Shown here: positions 9,979 through 18,775 of the stretch, piece by piece
Numbering within the stretch: position 1 is the stretch's first letter
How the letters are laid out: each line of letters opens with the position of its first letter
Assembly: GCF_000317615.1 (NCBI RefSeq)
Contig: NC_019780.1
Coordinates: forward strand, 3,604,722 to 3,636,721
From: Dactylococcopsis salina PCC 8305
GTDB lineage: Bacteria > Cyanobacteriota > Cyanobacteriia > Cyanobacteriales > Rubidibacteraceae
Reading direction: 5' to 3'
DNA: 32,000 nucleotides
Made by a program: the position numbers and the translations under genes
Notes under the pieces: model-generated
Told to the model about the DNA's origin: nothing
The model's database searches: none
The model's input: the letters and a program-made list of their open reading frames with translations, nothing else

Positions 9979-10568
9979 AACAGGAACGTCTGTACATTGG
10001 TCATTAGGAAAACTGACCTCTTACTGAATCACGAATGACAAAGAACGAAGGTGTTCCTGAGCCTGTCGAAGGACAAAGGACAAAATAGTAGGTTCGGTGA
10101 AGAACACGAAACCCAACAGCCAATCAAGGCTCGATCGAATCATCCCCATGCTATAATACGATCTGGTGCGGTAAATCTCCTCATTTTAAGCAGCACGTCC
10201 TAACGTTTTCTGTCAACACCGCTTAAAACTTTTTAACAATTCCCTCCTAAAATTAGTGTCAGTAAACTTGCCAAGGCTTGACAAATTTTGGCTTTCCGAA
10301 ACGAAGCCATGCGGGTTTAGGCACAATCATAAGAATTAAAGACAGACCATCCCGTGGGATTATTGTTCTCACTATCCTACCTGAAACGGCGCAATCTCGT
10401 CAAGTTTTTCCCCTTGATTTTTTCCGTTAAGAAAGATAAACCGCCTGTTTTGATAGAAAAGACTAATTGAAGATTGAATTAAATTGAGTGTTACTTATTT
10501 AAACTTGACAGAATAACAGCGATGTTATATGAATTACTAGGTAATCAATTCCAAAATTCAAACTTTTG

Positions 10569-10607
10569 AAACAAAAACCCTCGGTAAAGTCGAACTGATA
10601 CCGAGGG
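10569..10607 (-). terminator. Duplicate copy of the sbtB rho-independent terminator, orphan here
   Basis: Stem CCCTCGGTA/TACCGAGGG followed on the minus strand by TTTTTGTTT. The stem and T-tract are identical to those at 11685-11723. Confidence 0.6.
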
Positions 10608-10641
10608 AGTAAATCACTGATGCTAAAAGATTTTGAATTAT

Positions 10642-10748
10642 ATTAGGTTCGGGTAATTGCTTAGAATTGGTGTTGGGTTTCGTGTACAGACGTTCCATGG
10701 CACGTCTGTACCTAACCTACTTTTGATCATCGATCGATCGAACCTAAT
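10642..10748. mobile_element. MITE-like element (TIR ATTAGGTTCG / CGAACCTAAT) with an internal 10-bp-stem palindrome GTACAGACGT..ACGTCTGTAC
   Basis: TIRs at 10642-10651 and 10739-10748. It belongs to the same family as 11758-11857 but has a different interior. Confidence 0.6.
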
Positions 10749-11001
10749 CTTAAAACTTGTGAGCGTGCAGTACCTCGGCATCACAGGTGTAGGTTGGGTG
10801 AAGGACACGAAACCCAACATCAATAAGAGCGTAGGTTCGGTGAAACCCAACAGGTGTAGGTTGGGTGAAGGACACGAAACCCAACATCAATAAGAGCGTA
10901 GGTTCGGTGAAACCCAACAGGTGTAGGTTGGGTGGAGGACACGAAACCCAACATAAATTAGTCATTAGGTAGAGACGTTCCATACTTCGACAAGCTCAGT
11001 A

Positions 11002-11094
11002 ATATCAGGTTCGGGTAATTGTTTACAATTGGTGTTGGGTTTCGCTTCGCTACACCCAACCTACTTTTTATCATTGATTGAGCGAACCTGATAT
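11002..11094. mobile_element. MITE-like element, duplicate of 9886-9978
   Basis: Same TIRs and interior at offset +1116. Confidence 0.6.
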
Positions 11095-11684
11095 AACAGG
11101 AACGTCTGTACATTGGTCATTAGGAAAACTGACCTCTTACTGAATCACGAATGACAAAGAACGAAGGTGTTCCTGAGCCTGTCGAAGGACAAAGGACAAA
11201 ATAGTAGGTTCGGTGAAAGACACGAAACCCAACAGCCAATCAAGGCTCGATCGAATCATCCCCATGCTATAATACGGTTTGGTGCGGTAAATATAATCAT
11301 TTCAAGCAGCACATCCTAACGTTTTCTGTCAACACCGCTTAAAACTTTTTAACAATTCCCTCCTAAAATTAGTGTCAGTAAACTTGCCAAGGCTTGACAA
11401 ATTTTGGCTTTCCGAAACGAAGCCATGCGGGTTTAGGCACAATCATAAGAATTAAAGACAAACCATCCCGTGGGATTATTGTTTTCACAATCCTACCTGA
11501 AACGGCGCAATCTCGTCAAGTTTTTCCCCTTGATTTTTTCCGTTAAGAAAGATAAACCGCCTGTTTTGATAGAAAAGACTAATTGAAAATTGAATTAAAT
11601 TGAGTGTTACTTATTTGAACTTGACAGAATAACAGCGATGTTACTTGAATTACTAGGTAATCAATTCCAAAATTCAAACTTTTG

Positions 11685-11723
11685 AAACAAAAACCCTCGG
11701 TAAAGTCGAACTGATACCGAGGG
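11685..11723 (-). terminator. Rho-independent terminator downstream of sbtB
   Basis: On the minus strand: 9-bp stem CCCTCGGTA/TACCGAGGG, 12-nt loop, then TTTTTGTTT. It lies ~135 nt after the sbtB stop. Confidence 0.75.
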
Positions 11724-11757
11724 AGTGAATCACTGATGCTAAAAGATTTTGAATTAT

Positions 11758-11857
11758 ATTAGGTTCGGGTAATTGCTTATAATTAGTGTTGGGTTTGGTG
11801 TTGGGTTTCGTAAACTCCACCCAACCTACTTTTGATCATCGATCGATCGAACCTAAT
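11758..11857. mobile_element. MITE-like element (TIR ATTAGGTTCG / CGAACCTAAT) abutting the sbtB stop codon
   Basis: TIRs at 11758-11767 and 11848-11857. The sbtB stop codon occupies 11859-11861. Confidence 0.6.
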
Positions 11858-11858
11858 C

Positions 11859-12209
<351 letters not shown>

Positions 12210-12248
12210 TTAGGTTATCAGTTTCGGGGCACGCTGCCCCGTCCGAGA

Positions 12249-13388
12249 TTAGCCTCCTCCCATCAGCGTTTGGGCGAGTCCAATGTAGAGTGGGATTCCC
12301 ACAGCAATTGCAATTGGCGTACCAAGCGCGGTAGAAGAGCCGATGTATGCCGAGGGATTAGCTTTGGGAATACCAGCGCGTAAAGTAGGCGGCCCTGAAA
12401 TATCTGAACTAGAGGAGGCGATGACAGCTAAGATCACAACGCCCCCTGCACTAAATCCCGTTGTAACGTGGGCAAGATAACCGAGACCAAAGCCAATTAG
12501 CCCATGCAATAGTGGCGCTGCTGCAGCATAGACGACGTACCACTGGGCAACCTTGCGTAGCTCGCCGATTCTTGACCAAGCCTCCATACCCATAACCAGC
12601 ATCAAAACTGAAAGCAGACCACGGAAGAGGGGATTAAAGAAGCTCTCATAGACACTTTCGGGACGGGTTAGTATGCCAAGGGCGAGACCGAGTAGCAGTG
12701 CTGATAGAGCCGAACCTTGTAAGCTCTCCTTCACAATCGGCCAGATTTCGACCCGCTTACCTTGTTGTTCGCGCTGCTGATTCCGATACTCCTGCCTTGT
12801 GGTCGGATAGTCTGGCTCGCTAGGATACTCTCCAGCGCCTGCAGCAACCGCCTGCTTGCTGAGATACTCCTGCTGGGTGATATCTTCGCCTACGGTCTGA
12901 CTCTCCTTGCTTTTATAAATACTGGCTAAGACGATCGCCGTCACGAGCGCTGGAATGTCCATAAAGGGATAAAGTGCAGCCGCCCAAGGTTCGTATTGCA
13001 TCGCTTCTGATTCCATCATTGTCAGACCGGCGGCGAGAGTAGAGCCACTCACCGCCCCAAATAAGCCCCCAGTCGCAATGGCATCAACGACTTTGACTTT
13101 CGGCAACCTTGCCAAGGTATTACGCGCAATCAGCACGATAATAATCCCGATGGCTGCAGCAAATACCGCAGGTAACAGCATCTGCGCTAGGTTAGCATTA
13201 CGGATCGCAATACCACCACTCAAACCAACTTTGATGAGCAACATGAAGACGATGAACTTATAGATCGCATCTGGAATTTGCAACCGACTATTGACGGCAG
13301 CAATGATCATACCACCAATTAGAAAACCCAGTGTTGGGGACTGTAACTTATCCCCGAAGCGCGTCAAGAAATCTGATAAAAAATCCAC
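12249..13388 (-). CDS. sbtA: Sodium-dependent bicarbonate transporter SbtA
   Basis: 379 aa, GTG start with AGGAGG 9 nt upstream. MDFLSDFLTRFGDKLQSPTLGFLIGGMIIAA...LLIKVGLSGGIAIRNANL closely resembles SbtA (Slr1512). Confidence 0.92.
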   Translation of the reverse strand: MDFLSDFLTRFGDKLQSPTLGFLIGGMIIAAVNSRLQIPDAIYKFIVFMLLIKVGLSGGIAIRNANLAQMLLPAVFAAAIGIIIVLIARNTLARLPKVKVVDAIATGGLFGAVSGSTLAAGLTMMESEAMQYEPWAAALYPFMDIPALVTAIVLASIYKSKESQTVGEDITQQEYLSKQAVAAGAGEYPSEPDYPTTRQEYRNQQREQQGKRVEIWPIVKESLQGSALSALLLGLALGILTRPESVYESFFNPLFRGLLSVLMLVMGMEAWSRIGELRKVAQWYVVYAAAAPLLHGLIGFGLGYLAHVTTGFSAGGVVILAVIASSSSDISGPPTLRAGIPKANPSAYIGSSTALGTPIAIAVGIPLYIGLAQTLMGGG

Positions 13389-13576
13389 TAATAAATACCT
13401 CCTTTACTCTCCTCTAATGAGAAGTGATTATTTTGATAAGTGAGTTTTAAAAAGCAAGGGTGAAGTATTTCACTCCGATAAAACAGGTGTTACGCAAGAA
13501 CCTATCAATCCCATATTCAGAGAGGGTCGCCCTCCGAACGGGGTTGGAAAATGATAGTAGTTCTACGCTTTATACT

Positions 13577-13592
13577 ATAGACGTTTGTCTAT
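13577..13592. promoter_or_regulatory. Candidate NdhR/CcmR (LysR-type) operator, ATAG-N8-CTAT palindrome upstream of sbtA
   Basis: ATAGACGTTTGTCTAT is a perfect inverted repeat ATAGAC/GTCTAT, 189 nt upstream of the sbtA start. It sits just downstream of a TTTACA-N16-TATAAA promoter-like pair on the minus strand. Confidence 0.45.
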
Positions 13593-13768
13593 TCAGACCT
13601 GACTCTGTATCTTTTATAGTCTATCGTAAAACGATGTAAATTTTGCGCTCCTCAACATGGATTCGCAATAGGATGTCAAATTCAAATGATAAGTTTTTCT
13701 TAATATTTATCTGTCAATCCCCGCTTCTGGTTAATAGTCGCGATCAATCAAACCCAACACCATCCCAT

Positions 13769-13801
13769 AAAAAAACTGTGCGCTAAATGTTTAGCACACA
13801 G
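13769..13801 (-). terminator. Rho-independent terminator downstream of ndhD
   Basis: On the minus strand: CTGTGTGCTAAA-ca-TTTAGCGCACAG hairpin with one mismatch, followed by TTTTTTT. Confidence 0.75.
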
Positions 13802-13930
13802 TTTAATCAGTTTTTGATAATAGTAGGTGAGTTACGGACTTGCCCCCTAAATCCCCCAATTATGGGGGACTTTATCAGTTAATTCCCTCCAAGGTTAGCG
13901 GAATTATTCAAGTCCGTAATTCCTGTGGGA

Positions 13931-15511
13931 TTACTTCAACTTCGGAGCAGTTAGAGAAAGCAGAGAAGGATCAGCTTGAGCCACATCAGAGGGTTTTACT
14001 AAAGAAGGAACAGAATTCCGCAATCGATCGGTGTAGGCGATCGTTGTCGAATCATACACTTGTGTGAGAATCTTCGGATAGAAGCCAATGCCAATAATTG
14101 GAATCAGCAAACAAGCAATAATAAACACTTCTCGCGGTTCTGCATCCACCAAAACTTCGTGGGAAACTAACTCTTGGTTTTCTTTACCATAGAAAATTTC
14201 TCGTAACATCGAGAGGAGATAAATCGGAGTGAGAATCACACCCACCGCAGCTAAAAACACCACCAATACCTTAAACGTCGTGTTGTAAGCATCACTGGTG
14301 GAAAAGCCGATAAATATCATCACTTCGGCAACAAAACCACTCATCCCTGGTAAGGCAAGAGACGCGAGAGAACAAGTGGTAAACATGGCAAAAATTTTCT
14401 GCATCTTCTGCCCAACACCGCCCATCTCATCTAACATTAGGGTATGAGTGCGGTCATAAGTTGCCCCCACTAAAAAGAAAAGACTTGCTCCAATTAAGCC
14501 GTGAGACACCATTTGTAACACAGCGCCACTTAAACCTAAATTGGTAAACGAACCGATACCAATTAAAACAAACCCCATGTGGGAAATCGAAGAATAGGCA
14601 ATTTTTCGTTTCAGATTACGTTGAGCAAAGGAAGTCAACGCCGCATAAATAATATTCACCACCCCTAAAATCACCAACGCTGGGGCAAAATAAGCATGAG
14701 CATCGGGCAACATTCCTGCATTCATGCGAATCAAAGCATAGCCGCCCATTTTTAAGAGAATCCCAGCGAGTAACATATGCACAGGTGCAGTTGCTTCGCC
14801 GTGAGCATCAGGAAGCCAAGTATGGAGGGGGAAAATCGGTAACTTCACCGCATAAGCAATGAAGAAGCCCGCATAAAGCCAGAGTTGGAAATTGAGAGCG
14901 ATATCTTTATCGGCTAACGCTCTCATGTCAAAGGTGACGGTATCCCCGTAAAACGCCATGGTTAAACCCGCAACGAGAATAAAGAGTGATCCGCCTGCGG
15001 TGTAAAGGATGAATTTAGTCGCGGCATAGAGGCGTTTTTTTCCTCCCCAAATTGACAGCAGTAAATAAACTGGGATTAACTCTAATTCCCACACGAGGAA
15101 GAATAACAACATATCTTGGACAGCGAAGACAGCAATTTGTCCGCCGTACATGGCAAGAATTAGGAAATAAAAGAGTTTGGGTTTCAAACTTACGGGCCAA
15201 GCGGCTAAAATGGCGAGGGTGGTAATAAAGCCCGTGAGAACGATTAAAGGCATGGAAATGCCATCAGCGCCCACTGACCAATTTAAGTCCAGTTGGGGAA
15301 TCCAACTATAACTTTCTACCAGTTGTAAGTTGGGGTTAGAGAAGTCATAGTCGAGATAGAATCCCGCAATGATAAAGGCAAAATTGATTAAGCCAATTAC
15401 CAGCGCATACCAACGCACTTGTTTCCCGTCTTTGTCGGGAATAAACGGGATAAAGAAAGAGGCAATTAAGGGAAAGAGGATAACCGTAGTTAGCCAAGGA
15501 AATTGTGTCAT
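13931..15511 (-). CDS. ndhD: NAD(P)H-quinone oxidoreductase subunit 4 (NdhD, D1/D2 type)
   Basis: 526 aa polytopic membrane protein of the NuoM/NdhD family ([12 protein letters not shown]..., WLPDAHGEA). Size fits NdhD1 rather than D3. Confidence 0.92.
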   Translation of the reverse strand: MTQFPWLTTVILFPLIASFFIPFIPDKDGKQVRWYALVIGLINFAFIIAGFYLDYDFSNPNLQLVESYSWIPQLDLNWSVGADGISMPLIVLTGFITTLAILAAWPVSLKPKLFYFLILAMYGGQIAVFAVQDMLLFFLVWELELIPVYLLLSIWGGKKRLYAATKFILYTAGGSLFILVAGLTMAFYGDTVTFDMRALADKDIALNFQLWLYAGFFIAYAVKLPIFPLHTWLPDAHGEATAPVHMLLAGILLKMGGYALIRMNAGMLPDAHAYFAPALVILGVVNIIYAALTSFAQRNLKRKIAYSSISHMGFVLIGIGSFTNLGLSGAVLQMVSHGLIGASLFFLVGATYDRTHTLMLDEMGGVGQKMQKIFAMFTTCSLASLALPGMSGFVAEVMIFIGFSTSDAYNTTFKVLVVFLAAVGVILTPIYLLSMLREIFYGKENQELVSHEVLVDAEPREVFIIACLLIPIIGIGFYPKILTQVYDSTTIAYTDRLRNSVPSLVKPSDVAQADPSLLSLTAPKLK

Positions 15512-15594
15512 AGTTGCAAAAAGTTAAGTGTTACTCTCAGATTTATTTTGATCTCGATCGAAGCATTCCCCCAGTAATTGGGGGATTAAAGTGA

Positions 15595-17634
15595 TTAAGC
15601 GACACTAAAAACAATCACAAAGCCTAATACTGCCCCAAAAACAATTAAGGCGTAAAATTGGGCGCGACCATTTTCAAAGTATTTCAGCCCTTCACCGCTG
15701 ATAATCGCCATTAAACCAGTGAGGTTAACAGCACCATCAACGACGCGGTAATCTACTTCTAAAACTTGTCTGGCGACACGACGACTTCCTTTAACAAAGA
15801 TGTTGTTAAAAAGTTCGTCAAAGTACCATTTGTTGAGAGAGAAGCGGTAGAGAGAAGGGAATTTTTGCGCGATCGCGCTGGGGTCGATTTTTTTGCTTTG
15901 ATACATCAAAGAAGCAACGGTAATGCCAATGAGAGCGATTCCCACGGAGTTTCCCGCCATAATCAAAAATTCCGACCATTCAAACGCCGCCATCATTTCT
16001 TGGACTTCTTCTAGGGTTTCTCCTGGCGCAAACACAAACTCCTCAAAGAAGTTTTCCCAGGGTTTACCCAACCAACCGATCGCGATCGAAGGAATCGCTA
16101 AAATTACTAAGGGTAAGGTCATGCTGACAGGGGATTCGTGAGGCGTGTCACTGTGATGATGTTCCTCTTCTTCCTGTTCCGATTCTAATTCGCGGGTATC
16201 CATCGCACCCGGACCAAACGCAGGTTTTAGGGAATCCAAAATCGACTGATCATTGCCTCGAAACTGCCCCTCAAAGGTAATAAAATACATTCGGAACATA
16301 TAAAAAGCAGTTAAACCCGCCGTTAACCAGCCGATAAACCATAAAGCAGGATTGGCACTAAAAGCAACAGAGAGAATCTCATCTTTTGACCAAAAACCAG
16401 CAAAAGGAGGAATCCCACAGATGGCGAGAGTTCCCACGAGAAAAGTTAAAGAGGTAATTGGCATATATTTCCGTAAACCACCCATCAAGCGCATATCTTG
16501 GGCGAGTGCTGGATTATGACCGACCACTTCTTCCATGCCATGAATCACAGAACCAGAACAGAGGAATAACATCGCCTTGAAGAAAGCATGAGTCATCAGG
16601 TGAAACAGCCCTGCGGTGTAACCGCCGACGCCCATCGCCATTACCATATAACCTAATTGGGAAATGGTAGAGTATGCTAATCCTTTTTTAATATCATTTT
16701 GGGTAAGCGCGATCGTTGCGCCCAAAAACGCAGTAAACGCACCCGTCCAAGCAATAATCGTCATTACCGACGGTAAATTCTCAAATACGGGATACATCCG
16801 CGCAATTAAGAAAACTCCCGCAGCGACCATCGTGGCGGCGTGAATTAAAGCAGAAATCGGCGTTGGGCCCTCCATCGCATCGGGTAGCCACACATGAAGG
16901 GGAAACTGTGCAGATTTTGCCACCGGACCCAAGAATACTAACACCCCAAACAAGGAAGCGAGACTCGCACCGATAACGCCAGATTCCACTAGGGTTTCTA
17001 ATTGGACTCCCATTTCGGAAAACTCAAACGTTCCCGTTGCCCAATATAACCCCAACATTCCCAGCAGGAAGCCAAAGTCACCGACACGGTTAACCACAAA
17101 CGCTTTCTGACAAGCATCGGCGGCAGCTTTTCGATCGTACCAGAATCCGATGAGGAGATAGGAAGCCATTCCCACCAACTCCCAGAAAATATAAACTTGC
17201 ACTAAGTTGGGACTAATCACTAAGCCCAACATCGAAGAAGCAAACAAACTTAAATAAGCGTAAAAGCGCACATAACCCGCATCATGTGCCATATAGCCAT
17301 CGGTATAGATCATCACCAGAAACGCCACTGTTGTCACCACCGCTAACATGACAGTGGTTAAATGGTCGATGGTGTAACCCATGGTGAGTTTAAAATCTCC
17401 TGCTGCCGCCCATTCAAAGGTATTCAGGAACGCTTCATGTCCATTAATCTGACTCCATAGCAGCGCAAAGGATAACCCCATGGTCACTCCCATCAAAGAG
17501 ACGATAAAAATAGCGACAGGTTGACGTAAACGACTGGTGGCTTGGTTAAATGAGATTAACCCGACTCCCACAATCATTGCACCAACGAGAGGGATAACAG
17601 GGATTAGCCAAGCATATTGATATAGTTGTTCCAT
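15595..17634 (-). CDS. ndhF: NAD(P)H-quinone oxidoreductase subunit 5 (NdhF, F1 type)
   Basis: 679 aa. MEQLYQYAWLIPVIPL... and WLPDAMEGPTPISALIHAATMV mark the NuoL/NdhF family. The length matches NdhF1 (~680 aa), not NdhF3/F4 (~610 aa). Confidence 0.92.
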   Translation of the reverse strand: MEQLYQYAWLIPVIPLVGAMIVGVGLISFNQATSRLRQPVAIFIVSLMGVTMGLSFALLWSQINGHEAFLNTFEWAAAGDFKLTMGYTIDHLTTVMLAVVTTVAFLVMIYTDGYMAHDAGYVRFYAYLSLFASSMLGLVISPNLVQVYIFWELVGMASYLLIGFWYDRKAAADACQKAFVVNRVGDFGFLLGMLGLYWATGTFEFSEMGVQLETLVESGVIGASLASLFGVLVFLGPVAKSAQFPLHVWLPDAMEGPTPISALIHAATMVAAGVFLIARMYPVFENLPSVMTIIAWTGAFTAFLGATIALTQNDIKKGLAYSTISQLGYMVMAMGVGGYTAGLFHLMTHAFFKAMLFLCSGSVIHGMEEVVGHNPALAQDMRLMGGLRKYMPITSLTFLVGTLAICGIPPFAGFWSKDEILSVAFSANPALWFIGWLTAGLTAFYMFRMYFITFEGQFRGNDQSILDSLKPAFGPGAMDTRELESEQEEEEHHHSDTPHESPVSMTLPLVILAIPSIAIGWLGKPWENFFEEFVFAPGETLEEVQEMMAAFEWSEFLIMAGNSVGIALIGITVASLMYQSKKIDPSAIAQKFPSLYRFSLNKWYFDELFNNIFVKGSRRVARQVLEVDYRVVDGAVNLTGLMAIISGEGLKYFENGRAQFYALIVFGAVLGFVIVFSVA

Positions 17635-17807
17635 ATAAGTTGAGACTAGGAATAAGTTACTAATTACACTCTAGTTAATCGATGACAGGGCATGATTGCC
17701 ACTGTCTTAAGAAAGACTGAGTGCAAATACCGTTAACAATTGTGACATATTCGGTTGACCTTCTAGAGTGAATGTAGTTGTTCACCTCTCCCACCCCCCA
17801 GCTTGCT

Positions 17808-18360
17808 GTAGGTTGGGTGAAATGAAATGAAACCCAACATCAATTAGCCGTAGTTTGCCCCCCAACCCCCCAATTCTGGGGGGCTTTTCTTCGGTGGGGT
17901 GAAATGAAATGAAACCCAACATTAGACCGTAGGTTGCCCCCCAACCCCCCAATTCTGGCAGGGCTGTTTCATTATGAATGAAATCAAGGGAGGTAGGGAG
18001 ATGGGGGAGACAAGGGAGACAAGGGAGATGGGGGAGATTTCAGGACTCTTTTTTCTTATGAATTAGTCAAAAAGTAAGAAAAAGGCTTCGATCGAACGTA
18101 CCGTAAGAGGTTCAGGCGATCGAGCGAAGCTCGGTGCGCGGAGCGCAATCGCTGCCAATTTTGACCCCGAGAATGAAACAGCCCCCCCCCAATTCTGGGG
18201 GGCTTTTCTTCGGTGGGGTGAAATGAAATCAAACCCAACATTAGACCGTAGGTTGGGTGAAATGAAATGAAACCCAACATTAGACCGTAGGTTGCCCCCC
18301 AACCCCCCAATTCTGGGGGGCTTTTCTTCGGTGGGGTGAAGTCAAATGAAATCAAATCCA
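17808..18360. repeat. Cluster of hairpin repeats (GTAGGTTGGGTG..AAACCCAAC and CCCCCCAATTCTGGGGGG units)
   Basis: Several alternating copies are readable at 17808-17958 and 18181-18360. Confidence 0.85.
17961..18184. mobile_element. 224-bp MITE-like element with 13-bp TIRs GGGCTGTTTCATT / AATGAAACAGCCC, inserted in a palindromic repeat
   Basis: TIRs at 17961-17973 and 18172-18184. Both flanks carry ccccccaattctgg. A partial second copy lies at 24054-24135. Confidence 0.6.
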
Positions 18361-18463
18361 ACATTAATTAGTTATCAATTATGTACATCGCACGTCTATC
18401 ATGGTGGCGAAAAGCGCGATCGATTTGTCAAAGTAAGGAAAGATCAAAATTAGGAGGGCAAAC

Positions 18464-18763
18464 ATGGAGAAGGAAGAACAATCTGCACCAGTTTGGGAAT
18501 ACAAAGTCATTCACCTCAACATTAAAAATACAGAAGCCCCAGACGCTGAAGCCGCCAGTACCGCAACCAAAGGAACATTTAGCCCTGAGTTTCTCAAACA
18601 AGAATTTCCAGACATTTACAGTACAAAAACCGCTTCTAATCATCCAGCCCGTCAATTACAAGAGGCTTTAAATAAGTTAGGAAAAGAAGGTTGGGAATTA
18701 TTTGAAATTTCTCAAGTCGGCGCCTTAAAGATGATGTTTTTTAAGCGGTTGAAACAAGAATAG
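18464..18763 (+). CDS. DUF4177-like small protein
   Basis: 99 aa with a strong SD (AGGAGGG, 5 nt before the ATG). WEYKVIHL ... LNKLGKEGWELFEI fits the DUF4177 pattern. Confidence 0.7.
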   Translation: MEKEEQSAPVWEYKVIHLNIKNTEAPDAEAASTATKGTFSPEFLKQEFPDIYSTKTASNHPARQLQEALNKLGKEGWELFEISQVGALKMMFFKRLKQE

Positions 18764-18775
18764 AATGACTCATTC

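Noticed and set aside
10638-10983. Three overlapping 70-78 aa ORFs on both strands
   Set aside because: All are read through hairpin repeats, MITEs and the orphan sbtB tail (…AEVLHAHKF*). They have no independent coding signal.
13931-17634. ndhF/ndhD as the CO2-uptake pair ndhF3-ndhD3, given sbtAB next door
   Set aside because: The lengths (679 and 526 aa) fit NdhF1 and NdhD1. No cupA/cupS follows ndhD, and a terminator separates it from sbtA.
18056-18364. 102-aa and 79-aa ORFs on the minus strand
   Set aside because: They are composed of translated palindromic and hairpin repeats (repeated PTYGLMLGFISFH). They are artefacts.
18381-18671. 96-aa ORF overlapping the DUF4177 gene in another frame
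   Set aside because: The 18464 frame has a strong SD and a family-like sequence. The alternative frame is basic, low-complexity and has no SD.
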